A DNA stretch of 64,000 bases, from contig CAZGLL010000004.1 in NCBI GenBank assembly GCA_964526225.1, forward strand, positions 3,455-67,454, in the 5' to 3' direction. The notes below the pieces were generated by a model, which saw only the letters and a list, made by a program, of their open reading frames with translations, was not told the origin of the DNA and did no database searches. Source of the stretch: an uncultured Desulfurococcales archaeon. Lineage in GTDB: Archaea; Thermoproteota; Thermoprotei_A; EX4484-217-1. Numbering within the stretch: position 1 is the stretch's first letter; each line of letters starts with the position of its first letter. Both the position numbers and the translations under genes were made by a program. Below are positions 28,428 through 37,835 of this stretch, in pieces.

Positions 28428-29342
28428 TTGAGATTTGCTGAAATAGCTATTGCCGAAGAAGTTAATGTTCCATTGAAAATCCCTGAAGGAACAATCTACA
28501 GTTTTTTCGATTCACCATACATAGGGCATAGAAATGAAACAGCTATTGACATTTACTTTAAGGATAGAGAAGCGCTACTTCCAGTAGATGAAGCTGTAGT
28601 TAAAGAAATTAGATGGTTTAATTCCCCCAAATACAGGCCAGACGGCTCCGAAAAAGAACCACTTATAGTGTTTAAAATACGTGAAGGCGTAGTTTTGAAG
28701 ACTCTCCATGTTGAGCCGAAGGTTAACGTTGGAGAAAAGCTTCGCCTAGGAGACTACATTGGGAAATGCATTGCCTCAGGATATTTTTGTCCATGGAGTG
28801 GAATTCACGCTCACATAGAAGTGAGATCCGAAAGGGATCCGTATAGAGCTCGAGGAGCCTATAAGTTAAACATCGAACCTACAGTAAGGAAAATTTTAGC
28901 TGAAATAAATAATGCTAACATAAAGTTTTCTGAAGAACCATTAGTTTTCAATGTTGTAAGCGTTGAGAAACACTACATGTGGGTTAAATTCAAAAACAAT
29001 ATTGGAAAAAAGCCTACGGCTCTAATGTTAATGGGCGAATTCGGCGGTATTTGCGCTATGGATGCAGGCATACCATACTATGGCATTGGAGGGTGCTTAG
29101 GTAGATCATTTAGGCAAGGTGAAAAGCTTCTAGCAAATAAAAGGAACATTGTTGGTTTAGTTACTAAGTCTTATGAAAAAGCTTCCCTATTTACTTCAAT
29201 AGCTGAAACCTATGTAGGCAAAGTTAAGGTTAGAGGAATAGGAACATACATTGGAACCGATTTAGCGAAAATAGTCTTTTTCGAAGAAAACCCTTGGAAG
29301 GAAGGGGACGAAGAAGAACTTGTATTTAAACAGATAATGTAG
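28428..29342 (+). CDS. Hypothetical protein
   Basis: 304 aa. It contains GHRNETAID and GIHAHIEV, which loosely recall M23-type metal sites but are not canonical. Confidence 0.35.
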   Translation: MRFAEIAIAEEVNVPLKIPEGTIYSFFDSPYIGHRNETAIDIYFKDREALLPVDEAVVKEIRWFNSPKYRPDGSEKEPLIVFKIREGVVLKTLHVEPKVNVGEKLRLGDYIGKCIASGYFCPWSGIHAHIEVRSERDPYRARGAYKLNIEPTVRKILAEINNANIKFSEEPLVFNVVSVEKHYMWVKFKNNIGKKPTALMLMGEFGGICAMDAGIPYYGIGGCLGRSFRQGEKLLANKRNIVGLVTKSYEKASLFTSIAETYVGKVKVRGIGTYIGTDLAKIVFFEENPWKEGDEEELVFKQIM

Positions 29343-29347
29343 CTAAT

Positions 29348-30046
29348 TTGCAGGTGAATAATGAAGTGAATGTGGAATTAATTGCCCTAGACTACCATGG
29401 AACAATATCAGATAGAAAAGGTAGAGGATTATGGACTGTTCGATCGGAAGTCATAGAAGCGCTCATTAAGGCGAGAAAAGCAGGGCTGAAAATAGCCATA
29501 ATAACTAGTGGTACTGGGAAAACTGTTCCTCAGAAGGTTAAGAGTTTAGCACATGTTTTAGCCTTCGAAAATGGCTCAGTATTCCACTATGGCGGAAAAG
29601 TATATGTTAATAAGCCGAACAGTTGGGATAGTATAAGACATATTCTCCTCAATTCTAAGCTTAAGCCAAAAGCTGTAGGAAAGGTAGTTATAATATATGG
29701 AGCCAAGGTTCGTGGAGAACTTGAAGAAATACTTCATACTCATGGTCTTTTTGACTATGTTTGTATTGTTAAGAACATAAACAGGCTTATAGTTGCTCCT
29801 AAAGGATACGGTAAAGACAGAGCATTAAAAACAGTAAGGAAGCTACTAAATGTTAAAGGAGCAATTATGGCCATTGGTGATGGTGAAAACGATTACTATC
29901 TACTAAGAGAAGCAGACATAGGCGTAGCACCAGCTAACGCTGTAGATGAGATAAAAGAAATAGCTGATTACATTTGCGATAAACCCGATGGCTTATGTGT
30001 TAAAGAGGTTGTCGACAAAATCTTGGAAAGAGGGCTTCTTAGCTAA
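29348..30046 (+). CDS. HAD-superfamily hydrolase (Cof/SPP-like phosphatase)
   Basis: 232 aa. Motif I reads LDYHGT (the second Asp is replaced by His). Motif IV is the classic GDGENDYYLLREADIGVA. Confidence 0.65.
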   Translation: MQVNNEVNVELIALDYHGTISDRKGRGLWTVRSEVIEALIKARKAGLKIAIITSGTGKTVPQKVKSLAHVLAFENGSVFHYGGKVYVNKPNSWDSIRHILLNSKLKPKAVGKVVIIYGAKVRGELEEILHTHGLFDYVCIVKNINRLIVAPKGYGKDRALKTVRKLLNVKGAIMAIGDGENDYYLLREADIGVAPANAVDEIKEIADYICDKPDGLCVKEVVDKILERGLLS

Positions 30047-30074
30047 AAAATATGTATTACCGAATAAATATTAG

Positions 30075-31694
30075 TTGATAGGTAGGTCAATGAGGGCACT
30101 AGTATTAGTAATTGCTGCGCTGGTGCTTTCACTAGTCCTTCAAGTATCGGTAAGCTACTCCATTTTAGGATACGCTATTGAACATCTTTTTCCCATGAAA
30201 GGTCATGAGGCTAGGACGGTAGCTCAAGAGACAATGAACGTATCTTTAGAGCTCATAATGCAAAACAGAGTAGCTAATGTTCCAGAGGATATTTTAGCAA
30301 TAGCATCTAATGGCCCGGTGTACTTAAGATTGTTCCCGTTAGAAATATATGATGGATCGAAATGGTATATGGGTAATTTAACCCTCTATCCTAGATACTT
30401 CAAAACGCTACTTGTAACATACAATGTTTACTCTAATGAGCCGACGGAGTTCGAGATAAATACCATATATTACAAGAACTTTAAGCTCAGAAGCTTCTAC
30501 GTACTTCCCTTACCTCAACCAGCAATGATACCGTTGAGCGTTTTCGATATTGAAGCTAATGCGACAATATATTCTGATTATGGATTAAAATTGTTTTTGA
30601 CAAAAAACCCTGTTATTAAAGTTAAATACACAGGCGTATATGATAATCCGTATCCGTATGGTAGTACGCCTTTAGTTATGGGTAAAACTAAGGTTTCATT
30701 GATAGTTAAGAAGTTAAAACAAGTAATGGCTAAATGGTATAATAGGACAACTCTTTCATCATCTAAGGTTAAGGAGCTGGCCAAGGAAATCTATGAGAAA
30801 ATGGAGGATAGGACGCTTGAGGAACTTCTAAACTTTATTAGAGAGTATTTGGCTAATACGACGGAATACGCTAAAAACGTGATCATACCTCCTAGGGGAA
30901 AGGATTTTGTAGAATACTTTCTTTTCGAAAGCAAAAAGGGTTCATGTGTTGCCTACTCCAGTGCCGCAGCAATAATACTTCGTGAAATAGGAATTCCAGC
31001 AAGAGTGGTTTTAGGATTTGTAGGTAAAAAACAACCTAATGGGCAGGTAGTGTTTAAACTTTCAGGCCACGTGTGGGTTGAAATATATATTCCTGATGCA
31101 GGATGGATACCATACGATCCTACACCTTCCATAGGCGTTGAAACTAGAGGGTTCAATGAAATACTAAGTAATATCCTATCGAACCTTAACGCTAAGTATG
31201 AAGGGAAGGAATATGAAGGAATAATGTATGATAGAATAGTGGTTTCTCAAAGAAATATGCTACAAAAGAACATAAATAAGACGCTAGAAAAATTAGGAGA
31301 ACTTGAAAGGTTTGAAATTGAAGAGGAAAGAAGAACCGCTACGGAGCATGTTAAAGCACTTAGTTATTTAACGGTAATAGCTACTTCAGTAATTCTTATA
31401 TCACGTAGTGATGTGATGTTAATTATACGTTATGCTAAAAAGTTTAAGGTCAAAAAGAACCCATTCAAAAAACTCATAGAGAAGCTTATGAGGAACTTTA
31501 AACTTCAACTATTACCCTATGAAACTCCAAGAGAAGCTATAAGCAAATTAGAGAGAAGAATGCAAAGTAGGTATCTTGCTTCAATACTTAAGAGAGCTCT
31601 TAACATATATGAGGAGCTAAGCTTTGGAGGAAGAAGACATTTAGAAGAAGATCTTAGAGAAATAATTAGGAAAATTGAGAGCAAAGGGAAATAG
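30075..31694 (+). CDS. Transglutaminase-like cysteine-protease-fold membrane protein
   Basis: 539 aa. It has the TGase core Cys (GSCVAYSSAAAIILREIGIPARVV) and His/Asp (GHVWVEIYIPDAGWIPYDPT). An N-terminal TM helix and a C-terminal hydrophobic segment are present. Confidence 0.85.
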   Translation: MIGRSMRALVLVIAALVLSLVLQVSVSYSILGYAIEHLFPMKGHEARTVAQETMNVSLELIMQNRVANVPEDILAIASNGPVYLRLFPLEIYDGSKWYMGNLTLYPRYFKTLLVTYNVYSNEPTEFEINTIYYKNFKLRSFYVLPLPQPAMIPLSVFDIEANATIYSDYGLKLFLTKNPVIKVKYTGVYDNPYPYGSTPLVMGKTKVSLIVKKLKQVMAKWYNRTTLSSSKVKELAKEIYEKMEDRTLEELLNFIREYLANTTEYAKNVIIPPRGKDFVEYFLFESKKGSCVAYSSAAAIILREIGIPARVVLGFVGKKQPNGQVVFKLSGHVWVEIYIPDAGWIPYDPTPSIGVETRGFNEILSNILSNLNAKYEGKEYEGIMYDRIVVSQRNMLQKNINKTLEKLGELERFEIEEERRTATEHVKALSYLTVIATSVILISRSDVMLIIRYAKKFKVKKNPFKKLIEKLMRNFKLQLLPYETPREAISKLERRMQSRYLASILKRALNIYEELSFGGRRHLEEDLREIIRKIESKGK

Positions 31695-31696
31695 CT

Positions 31697-31954
31697 ATGG
31701 ATCTTTCATATATTATGGTTCAAACGGTAATTATCACATTAATAGTTATGGTTTTTTCGTTAGCGATTTTAGGATTATTTAGGAGAAGAAGTAAGTGCTC
31801 ATTAGATTATTTAGAGGGTACAAGAGGTGCTACTCTTAGACATGCCTTAGAATTGTGTATTCTTGAGAAAACACCTCCAATATTTAGAGGAGTTGCTAAG
31901 CTATTGGTTAGTATGTTATGCGTTGAAGACTTGGTTAAATTATGTAAAGAGTGA
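31697..31954 (+). CDS. Small membrane protein
   Basis: 85 aa with one N-terminal TM helix. It lies between the TGase-like and DUF58 genes. Confidence 0.3.
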   Translation: MDLSYIMVQTVIITLIVMVFSLAILGLFRRRSKCSLDYLEGTRGATLRHALELCILEKTPPIFRGVAKLLVSMLCVEDLVKLCKE

Positions 31955-31960
31955 GCATTA

Positions 31961-33067
31961 TTGAAGGCTGTTTTCACATTAAAATCAATAAGCCTATTGT
32001 TCATGTCCCTTATAGTGGCGATCCTAGCTTTTCTAATATTTCCGTCAGCAGTATCTATGCTTCCTGTATCCATAGTTATAACATATTTGGCTATTGGTCT
32101 ACGATTAAGTAGTCCTAGATTATCTGTAACATCCTATGTTTCAAAGGGAAATGTTGTTTTCGGAGAGAAAGCTACAGTTAACATTAGTGTGAAGTCCGAT
32201 AAACAAGGCATCGTCACAATATACGATATTCCGCCGCCAACAGTTAAGGTTGAAGGGGGGATTGTTAGAAAGCATTTAGTACGTGAGAATTCAACGTTAG
32301 AAATGAAATACTACGTTAAACCACTAACTATAGGTAAACACGTATGGGGCAATCTTGTAGTATTATTCGAAGACCCTAATGGTTTCTTCAAATACATTTA
32401 CGAATACGATTCTCCAAGAACCCTAAATGTTCTTGCCCCAAAAATTGCCATCTCAGAGGCAAAAATAGCTACGATAGAGTTAATTACGGCTTTTGCGCCT
32501 ACTTTCTCTTATACAAAACCCTACAGCCCCGGCGATGATCTAAGAAGGATTGTTTATAAATCAGTTTTATCGTTGGGAGGATTATCTGTTAAAATGTTTT
32601 CGAATGAAGAAAAAAGTATAGTTCTCTTACAAAGAAGGTTAAAGCTCGCTACTTTCTTAAGCGAAAAAGCATCTATGAAGACTATTTCAATAGCTAAATA
32701 TGTCATTTATGATTTATTGATTAAATTATCCAAGATGAAAACATCTTTAATTCTTAATGGTGTAAGAATACGTAATTTTGAAGATGTTGAAAAAGGTTTT
32801 GAAAGTAAAGCCGATTTAACTGAAGAATACGATGTTGTTTTAGCGACACCAGATTTTCTACGAGAAAGAATAGGTATCAAGTGTAAACTATTTTTCATAA
32901 TCCCTGATTATTCGGAATACTATGAACTTCTGAAACAACTAGGCTTACCTATCAACTTTATCATACGTGTTCCTAAAACTTCAAAGATTATTACTATAGA
33001 AGACCTAGACCAAGCGGCTAGAAAAATATTTGAGGAGCTCATGTATGCTAAAGGGTTTCTTGTTTAA
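31961..33067 (+). CDS. DUF58-family protein (MoxR-associated)
   Basis: 368 aa with two N-terminal TM helices. The DUF58 signature is GDDLRRIVYKS. Confidence 0.7.
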   Translation: MKAVFTLKSISLLFMSLIVAILAFLIFPSAVSMLPVSIVITYLAIGLRLSSPRLSVTSYVSKGNVVFGEKATVNISVKSDKQGIVTIYDIPPPTVKVEGGIVRKHLVRENSTLEMKYYVKPLTIGKHVWGNLVVLFEDPNGFFKYIYEYDSPRTLNVLAPKIAISEAKIATIELITAFAPTFSYTKPYSPGDDLRRIVYKSVLSLGGLSVKMFSNEEKSIVLLQRRLKLATFLSEKASMKTISIAKYVIYDLLIKLSKMKTSLILNGVRIRNFEDVEKGFESKADLTEEYDVVLATPDFLRERIGIKCKLFFIIPDYSEYYELLKQLGLPINFIIRVPKTSKIITIEDLDQAARKIFEELMYAKGFLV

Positions 33068-33665
33068 TGAGAAAATCTTAGCTATGTTATCATTACAGAC
33101 GCTGTTACTTTACTTGACATACAAGTTTATACCTGAAGCCTTAATTTATGCGGTGCTACTAGCGTTCATAATTGATTCATTAGTATCCGTAGGCCTAATT
33201 TCGTGGAAACATGTTTTAGTACTTATTACATTAGGAGCATTAGTTTCAGTGGTGTGGACAAGCTATTTATGGTTAATTGTAATTTTTGATACAATACTAT
33301 TTTCCACACTTATATACTACAATACTGCATTTTCTGTTCTTTCCACCTTAGCTTTCTTTACCATGCTGAGCTATAGAATATATAGTCTAAGCGTTTTCAC
33401 ATTGAAAACCTATGTTACCTTAAATTTATATGAAGTATTAGGGTTCGATGAAGTTCTCGTATTCTCTTTGGGTATGCTTATACCTTTAGTATGGGTTTTT
33501 ACCAAGAAAGCTTTGAAGCATAATTTAATGTGCTTCATTTTCTCAACATTAGTCGTGTCAACATTGTATCTCGTATCTCTTGTAAACGTTTACACATTAC
33601 ATATCTCAATTATTGGTTTTTCATCGTCAATCTTAATATTGTCCATAGCTAAATTTGAGGAATAA
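33030..33665 (+). CDS. Polytopic membrane protein
   Basis: 211 aa and highly hydrophobic. It overlaps the DUF58 gene end. Confidence 0.4.
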   Translation: MRSSCMLKGFLFNEKILAMLSLQTLLLYLTYKFIPEALIYAVLLAFIIDSLVSVGLISWKHVLVLITLGALVSVVWTSYLWLIVIFDTILFSTLIYYNTAFSVLSTLAFFTMLSYRIYSLSVFTLKTYVTLNLYEVLGFDEVLVFSLGMLIPLVWVFTKKALKHNLMCFIFSTLVVSTLYLVSLVNVYTLHISIIGFSSSILILSIAKFEE

Positions 33666-33678
33666 GTATTGGTCCTTT

Positions 33679-34638
33679 CTACCAGGGGGCTTCAATTTTA
33701 CTTAATATTTTATCTTTTATGAGCTTGTTTTTTATTTCAAAAATCTCACTTGGAGTGTATGTTTCATGTATTGAAGGTTTAAGGATTATTCTATGCCAGA
33801 GAACGTATGGTGCAACATATTTTACATCGTCCGGGATTACATAGTCTCTATTTCTTAAGGCAGCTATTGCTTTCGAATACCTTAGCATCATTATTGATGC
33901 TCTAGGAGAAGCTCCAATAACAACTTCGTCTAAACCTCTGGTTATTTTAACTATTGAGACAATGTATTCTAAGATCTTCCTTTCAACATGAACTTTAGCT
34001 ACTTCTTCAAATGCTTGGAAAAGTTCGTACTCATCAACTACTTTACGTGCTACGGGTTCTTCAGCTTTAAGTTCATGATCTTTCATTATGATTTCTATTT
34101 CCTCTTCAAATGATGGATAATTTACGGTTACGGCAATTCCAAACCTATCCAGTTGTGTTTCAGGTAGTGGAAAAGTGCCTGTAGTTTCCCATGGGTTTTG
34201 TGTTGCTATTACTGTGAATGGTTTTGGTAGTTTGTGTGTTTCCCCTTCTATTGTAACCTGCTTTTCCTGCATAGCCTCCAACAAAGCACTTTGAGTCCTA
34301 GGAGAAGCACGATTAACCTCATCAGCCAAAACAATATTAGCAAAAACAGGGCCCAGGATTGTTCTTAATTCTCCGGTTTTAGGATCTATTATTTTTGCCC
34401 CGATAATGTCAGCTGGTACCATGTCCGGTGTCATTTGTATTCTTTTGAAGCTTAGTCCAAGTGTTTGTGCGAAAAGCTTTGCTGTAAGTGTTTTTGCTGT
34501 TCCTGGAGGACCCTCAATTAGCATATGTGTTTTGCTGAGAAGTGTTGCAAATAGTAACTCAACTATTTTTTCTCTTCCAATGATGTATTTGGTTATTTCA
34601 GAAAGTACTGTTTTGTATATTTCATGCGTTAACGTCAC
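33679..34638 (-). CDS. MoxR-family AAA+ ATPase
   Basis: 319 aa with Walker A GPPGTAKT, Walker B LADEVNRASP and MoxR-type length and organisation. Confidence 0.9.
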   Translation of the reverse strand: MTLTHEIYKTVLSEITKYIIGREKIVELLFATLLSKTHMLIEGPPGTAKTLTAKLFAQTLGLSFKRIQMTPDMVPADIIGAKIIDPKTGELRTILGPVFANIVLADEVNRASPRTQSALLEAMQEKQVTIEGETHKLPKPFTVIATQNPWETTGTFPLPETQLDRFGIAVTVNYPSFEEEIEIIMKDHELKAEEPVARKVVDEYELFQAFEEVAKVHVERKILEYIVSIVKITRGLDEVVIGASPRASIMMLRYSKAIAALRNRDYVIPDDVKYVAPYVLWHRIILKPSIHETYTPSEIFEIKNKLIKDKILSKIEAPW

Positions 34639-35387
34639 TTTGTCTCATTCTCCTTCATAAGTTTAGTTATTATTTTCACTCTCTCATTAAATATTTTCTT
34701 CCTTATTTTCTTAGCTTCCTCCTTTACCTTCCCTATTAGTTCTTTTTTGAGCCACTGCTCCAAACTTACATCGTACCATGCTTCCTTAAATTCCTTAACT
34801 AATTTAGCCATGAGGAAAACCACTCTACCAACGTTTGCCGCATCTAATACTGCGCTTTTATTCTCTAAAACATCCTCAATTCCAGCATGGTATGCTAGGG
34901 CAAATGGGGGTATTATGAAGCCCATTGAGTTAAGTATTGAGAACATTAGTGAAATAACCTGTATTTCGCCGCTGTCGTTACCGACAGCTATTACTCCTGC
35001 AACTTTACCTTCAACCCAGCTTTTACCGTCAATAAATATCATGTTTTCGAAAGCTGTTAGCCTATCTATGACTCTCTTCATTATTCCTGAAGGCGAAAAC
35101 CAATATATTGGTGTTGCAAAGATTACACCGTCTGCTCTAAGTATTTTATCGTAAATTATTTTCATATCGTCATCTATAACACAAGGATATCTGCAAGCAA
35201 GTTGCTCATCAGAAACGCAACCTAAACAGTCCTCTATTCTGTATTCGTATAGATTGAGCTCTTCAACTTCTGCTCCAAGCTTCTTAGCTGTTTCTAAAGC
35301 TACTCTTAGTAGCTTAAATGTTGCCCCATAAGGTCTGGGCGAACCGTTTAAACCTAGTATTTTAATTTTCGAAGACAAAGTTTTCAC
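34635..35387 (-). CDS. NADPH-dependent FMN reductase-fold flavoprotein, iron-sulfur flavoprotein (Isf)-like
   Basis: 250 aa. It has the flavodoxin-like LGLNGSPRPYG start and a compact Cys motif CLGCVSDEQLACRYPC as in Isf. Confidence 0.65.
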   Translation of the reverse strand: MKTLSSKIKILGLNGSPRPYGATFKLLRVALETAKKLGAEVEELNLYEYRIEDCLGCVSDEQLACRYPCVIDDDMKIIYDKILRADGVIFATPIYWFSPSGIMKRVIDRLTAFENMIFIDGKSWVEGKVAGVIAVGNDSGEIQVISLMFSILNSMGFIIPPFALAYHAGIEDVLENKSAVLDAANVGRVVFLMAKLVKEFKEAWYDVSLEQWLKKELIGKVKEEAKKIRKKIFNERVKIITKLMKENETK

Positions 35388-35403
35388 CCAGCCATTGAGG
35401 TCT

Positions 35404-36126
35404 TTAGTATAGGAATGTTTTTTCGAAATTTCTCAAAATAACATTTCTTACGGTTTCTTCATTAACTCCTTTAGCTTGGGCTATGTAGCTCACGGTATCT
35501 TTTACCATTAGGGGATTTAGCTTTAACCCTCTATATTCATACGGACCATCGCTTTCCGTAACCATAAACTCCAAATCTAAATATTCAATTACTTTCCTAT
35601 GTTTTTCCTGAATACGATATGCGGGATTTATTGAGATAAAGTATCCTGAAGACACTATTTCATCTATTAAGTCTAAAGGTCCAGTGTACCAGTGGAACAC
35701 GGCTTTCTCAATATCGTATTTTAGCAGTAATTCGTAAACTTCCCTCCATGTATTAACCGAATGAATGTTCATTGCTAATCCATATTCTTTAGCTAAGCTC
35801 AGAAACTCCGCAAAGAACATTCTTTGCTTATCTATTGTTTCAGGTGTAAATTTTCTATCCAGCCCTACTTCTCCTAAGCACCTTACACCATGGTTCACTA
35901 TGAGTTGTTCTATTGCGGAAATTTCAGTTAACGATGCTGTACCTACTTCCCAAGGATGTATGCCAATGCATGGAACGACACCCTTATACTTCTTGGAGAA
36001 CTCAGTAGTCTTCCTTGAGGACTCTACATCATCAGATACCGCAACAATAATAATGTCTTTAATGAATCCCGTAATTTCCTCATCACTGAATTCGTAAAGG
36101 TGACAATGAGAATCAACATATACCAT
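35404..36126 (-). CDS. tatD: TatD-family metal-dependent hydrolase
   Basis: 240 aa with N-terminal VDSHCHL and TatD-type downstream His/Glu/Asp ligands. Confidence 0.85.
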   Translation of the reverse strand: MVYVDSHCHLYEFSDEEITGFIKDIIIVAVSDDVESSRKTTEFSKKYKGVVPCIGIHPWEVGTASLTEISAIEQLIVNHGVRCLGEVGLDRKFTPETIDKQRMFFAEFLSLAKEYGLAMNIHSVNTWREVYELLLKYDIEKAVFHWYTGPLDLIDEIVSSGYFISINPAYRIQEKHRKVIEYLDLEFMVTESDGPYEYRGLKLNPLMVKDTVSYIAQAKGVNEETVRNVILRNFEKTFLY

Positions 36127-36267
36127 GTTATTTCCCTCTGGTTTTGTTTAAAGATTAATTCCGTTATAACAGCATTGCTAAGTTTTAAAATATCTTTGTT
36201 GTTAAAGGTTAATGGACTGTTTAAATGGTTATTTATCGAATTATTTAAATATCGTTTAAGTGCATGT

Positions 36268-37647
36268 ATGCGGTTAGGTGAAAATTTTGCGCCAATGGGC
36301 TTAAATGAAATAAAATCTCTCTTAAAACCCGAACTTATACCTGAAAAATGGTATAATATTCTCCCAGATTTACCGGAGCAACCACCGCCACCTTTGGATC
36401 CGCAAACACTAAAACCTATTAATCCGGCTAAACTTGAGCGTCTTTTCGCGAAGGAACTTGTTAAGCAAGAGATTTCCCAAGAAACCTATGTTAAAATACC
36501 TGAAGAAGTTAGGGTAGTATATGCTGAAATAGGTAGACCAACACCTCTAATAAGAGCCAGAAGGCTTGAAGAGGCACTGAATACACCAGCGAAAATATTT
36601 TTCAAGTATGAAGGGGTTACGCCAACAGGATCTCACAAGGTAAATACAGCATTAGCCCAAGTGTATTACAATAAACTTGAGGGGACAGAGAGAGTCATTA
36701 CTGAAACAGGAGCTGGACAATGGGGTAGCGCGTTATCGCTTGCTGGGGCTGTTTTCGAGGTTAAGGTAAGAGTTTATATGGTACGTAGTAGTTACGATCA
36801 AAAACCATACCGTAGAATACTAATGGAAATTTATGGAGCAGAAGTCTTTCCTAGTCCAAGTACGAATACTGAGGTTGGAAGGAGGATTCTTGAGGAAGAT
36901 CCGAAAAATCCCGGTAGCTTAGGGATAGCGATAAGCGAAGCAATAGAGGATGTTCTAAGGGATGAGAAAAGTAGGTATTGCTTAGGTAGCGTACTAAACC
37001 ACGTACTACTTCACCAAACAGTAATAGGTTTAGAAGCTAAATTGCAAATAGAGGAGCTTGGAGAATATCCAGACTACGTTATTGGATGCGTTGGCGGAGG
37101 GAGTAATTTTGCAGGACTTTCTTACCCGTTTATAAGAGATAGGTTAAAAGGTAAGTCTTCAACAGAGTTCATAGCTGTCGAACCAAAAGCATCACCTACA
37201 ATAACGCGTGGAGAATACAGATACGACTACGCCGATACAGGAGAGTTAACACCCTTACTTAAAATGCATACTGTAGGGCATAGATACAGGGTCCCTCCGA
37301 TACATGCCGGAGGACTAAGATATCATGGTGTAGCACCAACACTAAGCATCTTAGTGAATCATGGAATAGTAAAGCCCATAGCATATTATCAAAGAGAAGT
37401 TTTCGAAGCAGCAATTTACTTCGCAAAACATGAGGGAATAGTTCCAGCACCGGAATCAGCACATGCCGTTAAAGCGGCAATAGACTTAGCGAGAGAGTTA
37501 AAGAAGAAAAATGAAAAAGCAACAATTCTATTTAACTTAAGCGGCCATGGACTACTAGATCTTTCAGGATACCAGGAGTTCCTCGAAGGAAAATTGCCAA
37601 ACTACGAACCCGAAAAGATAGACTTATCATACCTACCAAAAATCTAA
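36268..37647 (+). CDS. trpB: Tryptophan synthase beta-subunit-like protein, TrpB2 type (stand-alone)
   Basis: The PLP-lysine motif is [12 protein letters not shown]. The N-terminus is TrpB2-like ([19 protein letters not shown]) and the size is ~455 aa. The ORF-track start at 36100 would add a 56-aa hydrophobic extension overlapping tatD, so the start is placed at ATG 36268 (alternative 36295). Confidence 0.85.
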   Translation: MRLGENFAPMGLNEIKSLLKPELIPEKWYNILPDLPEQPPPPLDPQTLKPINPAKLERLFAKELVKQEISQETYVKIPEEVRVVYAEIGRPTPLIRARRLEEALNTPAKIFFKYEGVTPTGSHKVNTALAQVYYNKLEGTERVITETGAGQWGSALSLAGAVFEVKVRVYMVRSSYDQKPYRRILMEIYGAEVFPSPSTNTEVGRRILEEDPKNPGSLGIAISEAIEDVLRDEKSRYCLGSVLNHVLLHQTVIGLEAKLQIEELGEYPDYVIGCVGGGSNFAGLSYPFIRDRLKGKSSTEFIAVEPKASPTITRGEYRYDYADTGELTPLLKMHTVGHRYRVPPIHAGGLRYHGVAPTLSILVNHGIVKPIAYYQREVFEAAIYFAKHEGIVPAPESAHAVKAAIDLARELKKKNEKATILFNLSGHGLLDLSGYQEFLEGKLPNYEPEKIDLSYLPKI

Positions 37648-37719
37648 AGTCCTTAATAGAAAACTCCTTAACCCATTTTTAACCTTCACTATTAAGCCTT
37701 AAAGTAGAAGTTGAGGTTT

Positions 37720-37757
37720 TGGTAGCCGGGCGGGGATTCGAACCCCGGTCACGGGGG
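37720..37757 (-). tRNA. tRNA-Gln(CUG) 3' exon (positions 38-76 including the encoded CCA)
   Basis: See the parent feature. The T-loop UUCGAAU is flanked by CGGGG/CCCCG. Confidence 0.75.
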
Positions 37758-37835
37758 TTCTCCCCCACCGGACCGCCTAACCCCATTTAGGAAAAGGTTT
37801 TACTAAGTATTTAAAGCTTTATTTTAATAGTTGCC

